Source: Takakia lepidozioides (Eukaryota > Plantae > Bryophyta). Taken from it: DNA of 64,000 nucleotides. The stretch spans positions 44,020,001 to 44,084,000 of the forward strand of contig CM060732.1 in NCBI GenBank assembly GCA_030704615.1, written 5' to 3'. Position numbers and translations under genes: made by a program. Positions 63,861-64,000 of the stretch are shown piece after piece (positions within the stretch are counted from its first letter, which is position 1; every line of letters starts with the position of its first letter). The notes under the pieces were generated by a model. That model was given only the letters and a program-made list of their open reading frames with translations. It searched no databases and was not told the DNA's origin.

Positions 63861-64000
63861 GCATTTTGTTGATGAACTCTTCTACCTCATCTCATCGGCC
63901 TACACGGCCAAGAAGGTCCACAATGCAGCAAAAATGCTCCACTGTAGGAGTGAGGCCATGATCTCTACTCATGGAACCAAACAAGTGGTGGCCTTCATCC
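63860..64000 (-). pseudogene. PPR L2/S2-like fragment running off the window end
   Basis: DEGHHLFGSMSRDHGLTPTVEHF. Confidence 0.7.

Overview
Eukaryotic, repeat-rich genomic DNA, most likely from a non-seed land plant (inferred from PLS-type PPR repeats, GT-AG introns and plant TE superfamilies; the species cannot be named from sequence alone). The standout is a Mutator-like DNA transposon (MULE, ~403-7963). It carries a WRKY/GCM1-DDE-SWIM transposase on the minus strand. On the plus strand it carries a spliced gene whose C-terminal half has the motif order of a prokaryote-like beta-class N6A/N4C DNA amino-methyltransferase. That gene's 942-nt intron holds seven regularly spaced ~22-bp palindromes. 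Two further diverged copies of the methyltransferase-like gene, with the same intron positions, lie at ~15.7-16.5 kb and ~33.8-34.4 kb; the first of these ends in the same terminal architecture as the MULE. The rest of the window contains LTR remnants, a Pogo-like transposase relic, an inverted pair of KH + C3HC4-RING (MEX3-like architecture) genes plus a shattered third copy, degenerate L1-like LINEs, CACTA remnants, and a terminal cluster of PPR pseudogenes shuffled with OSB-type PDF motifs and a DPB4/NF-YB-like histone-fold fragment. Many ORFs have 1-nt indels, which may reflect decay or uncorrected long-read errors. No rRNA, tRNA or true CRISPR array was found. All family calls are by eye from motifs; no database searches were run.
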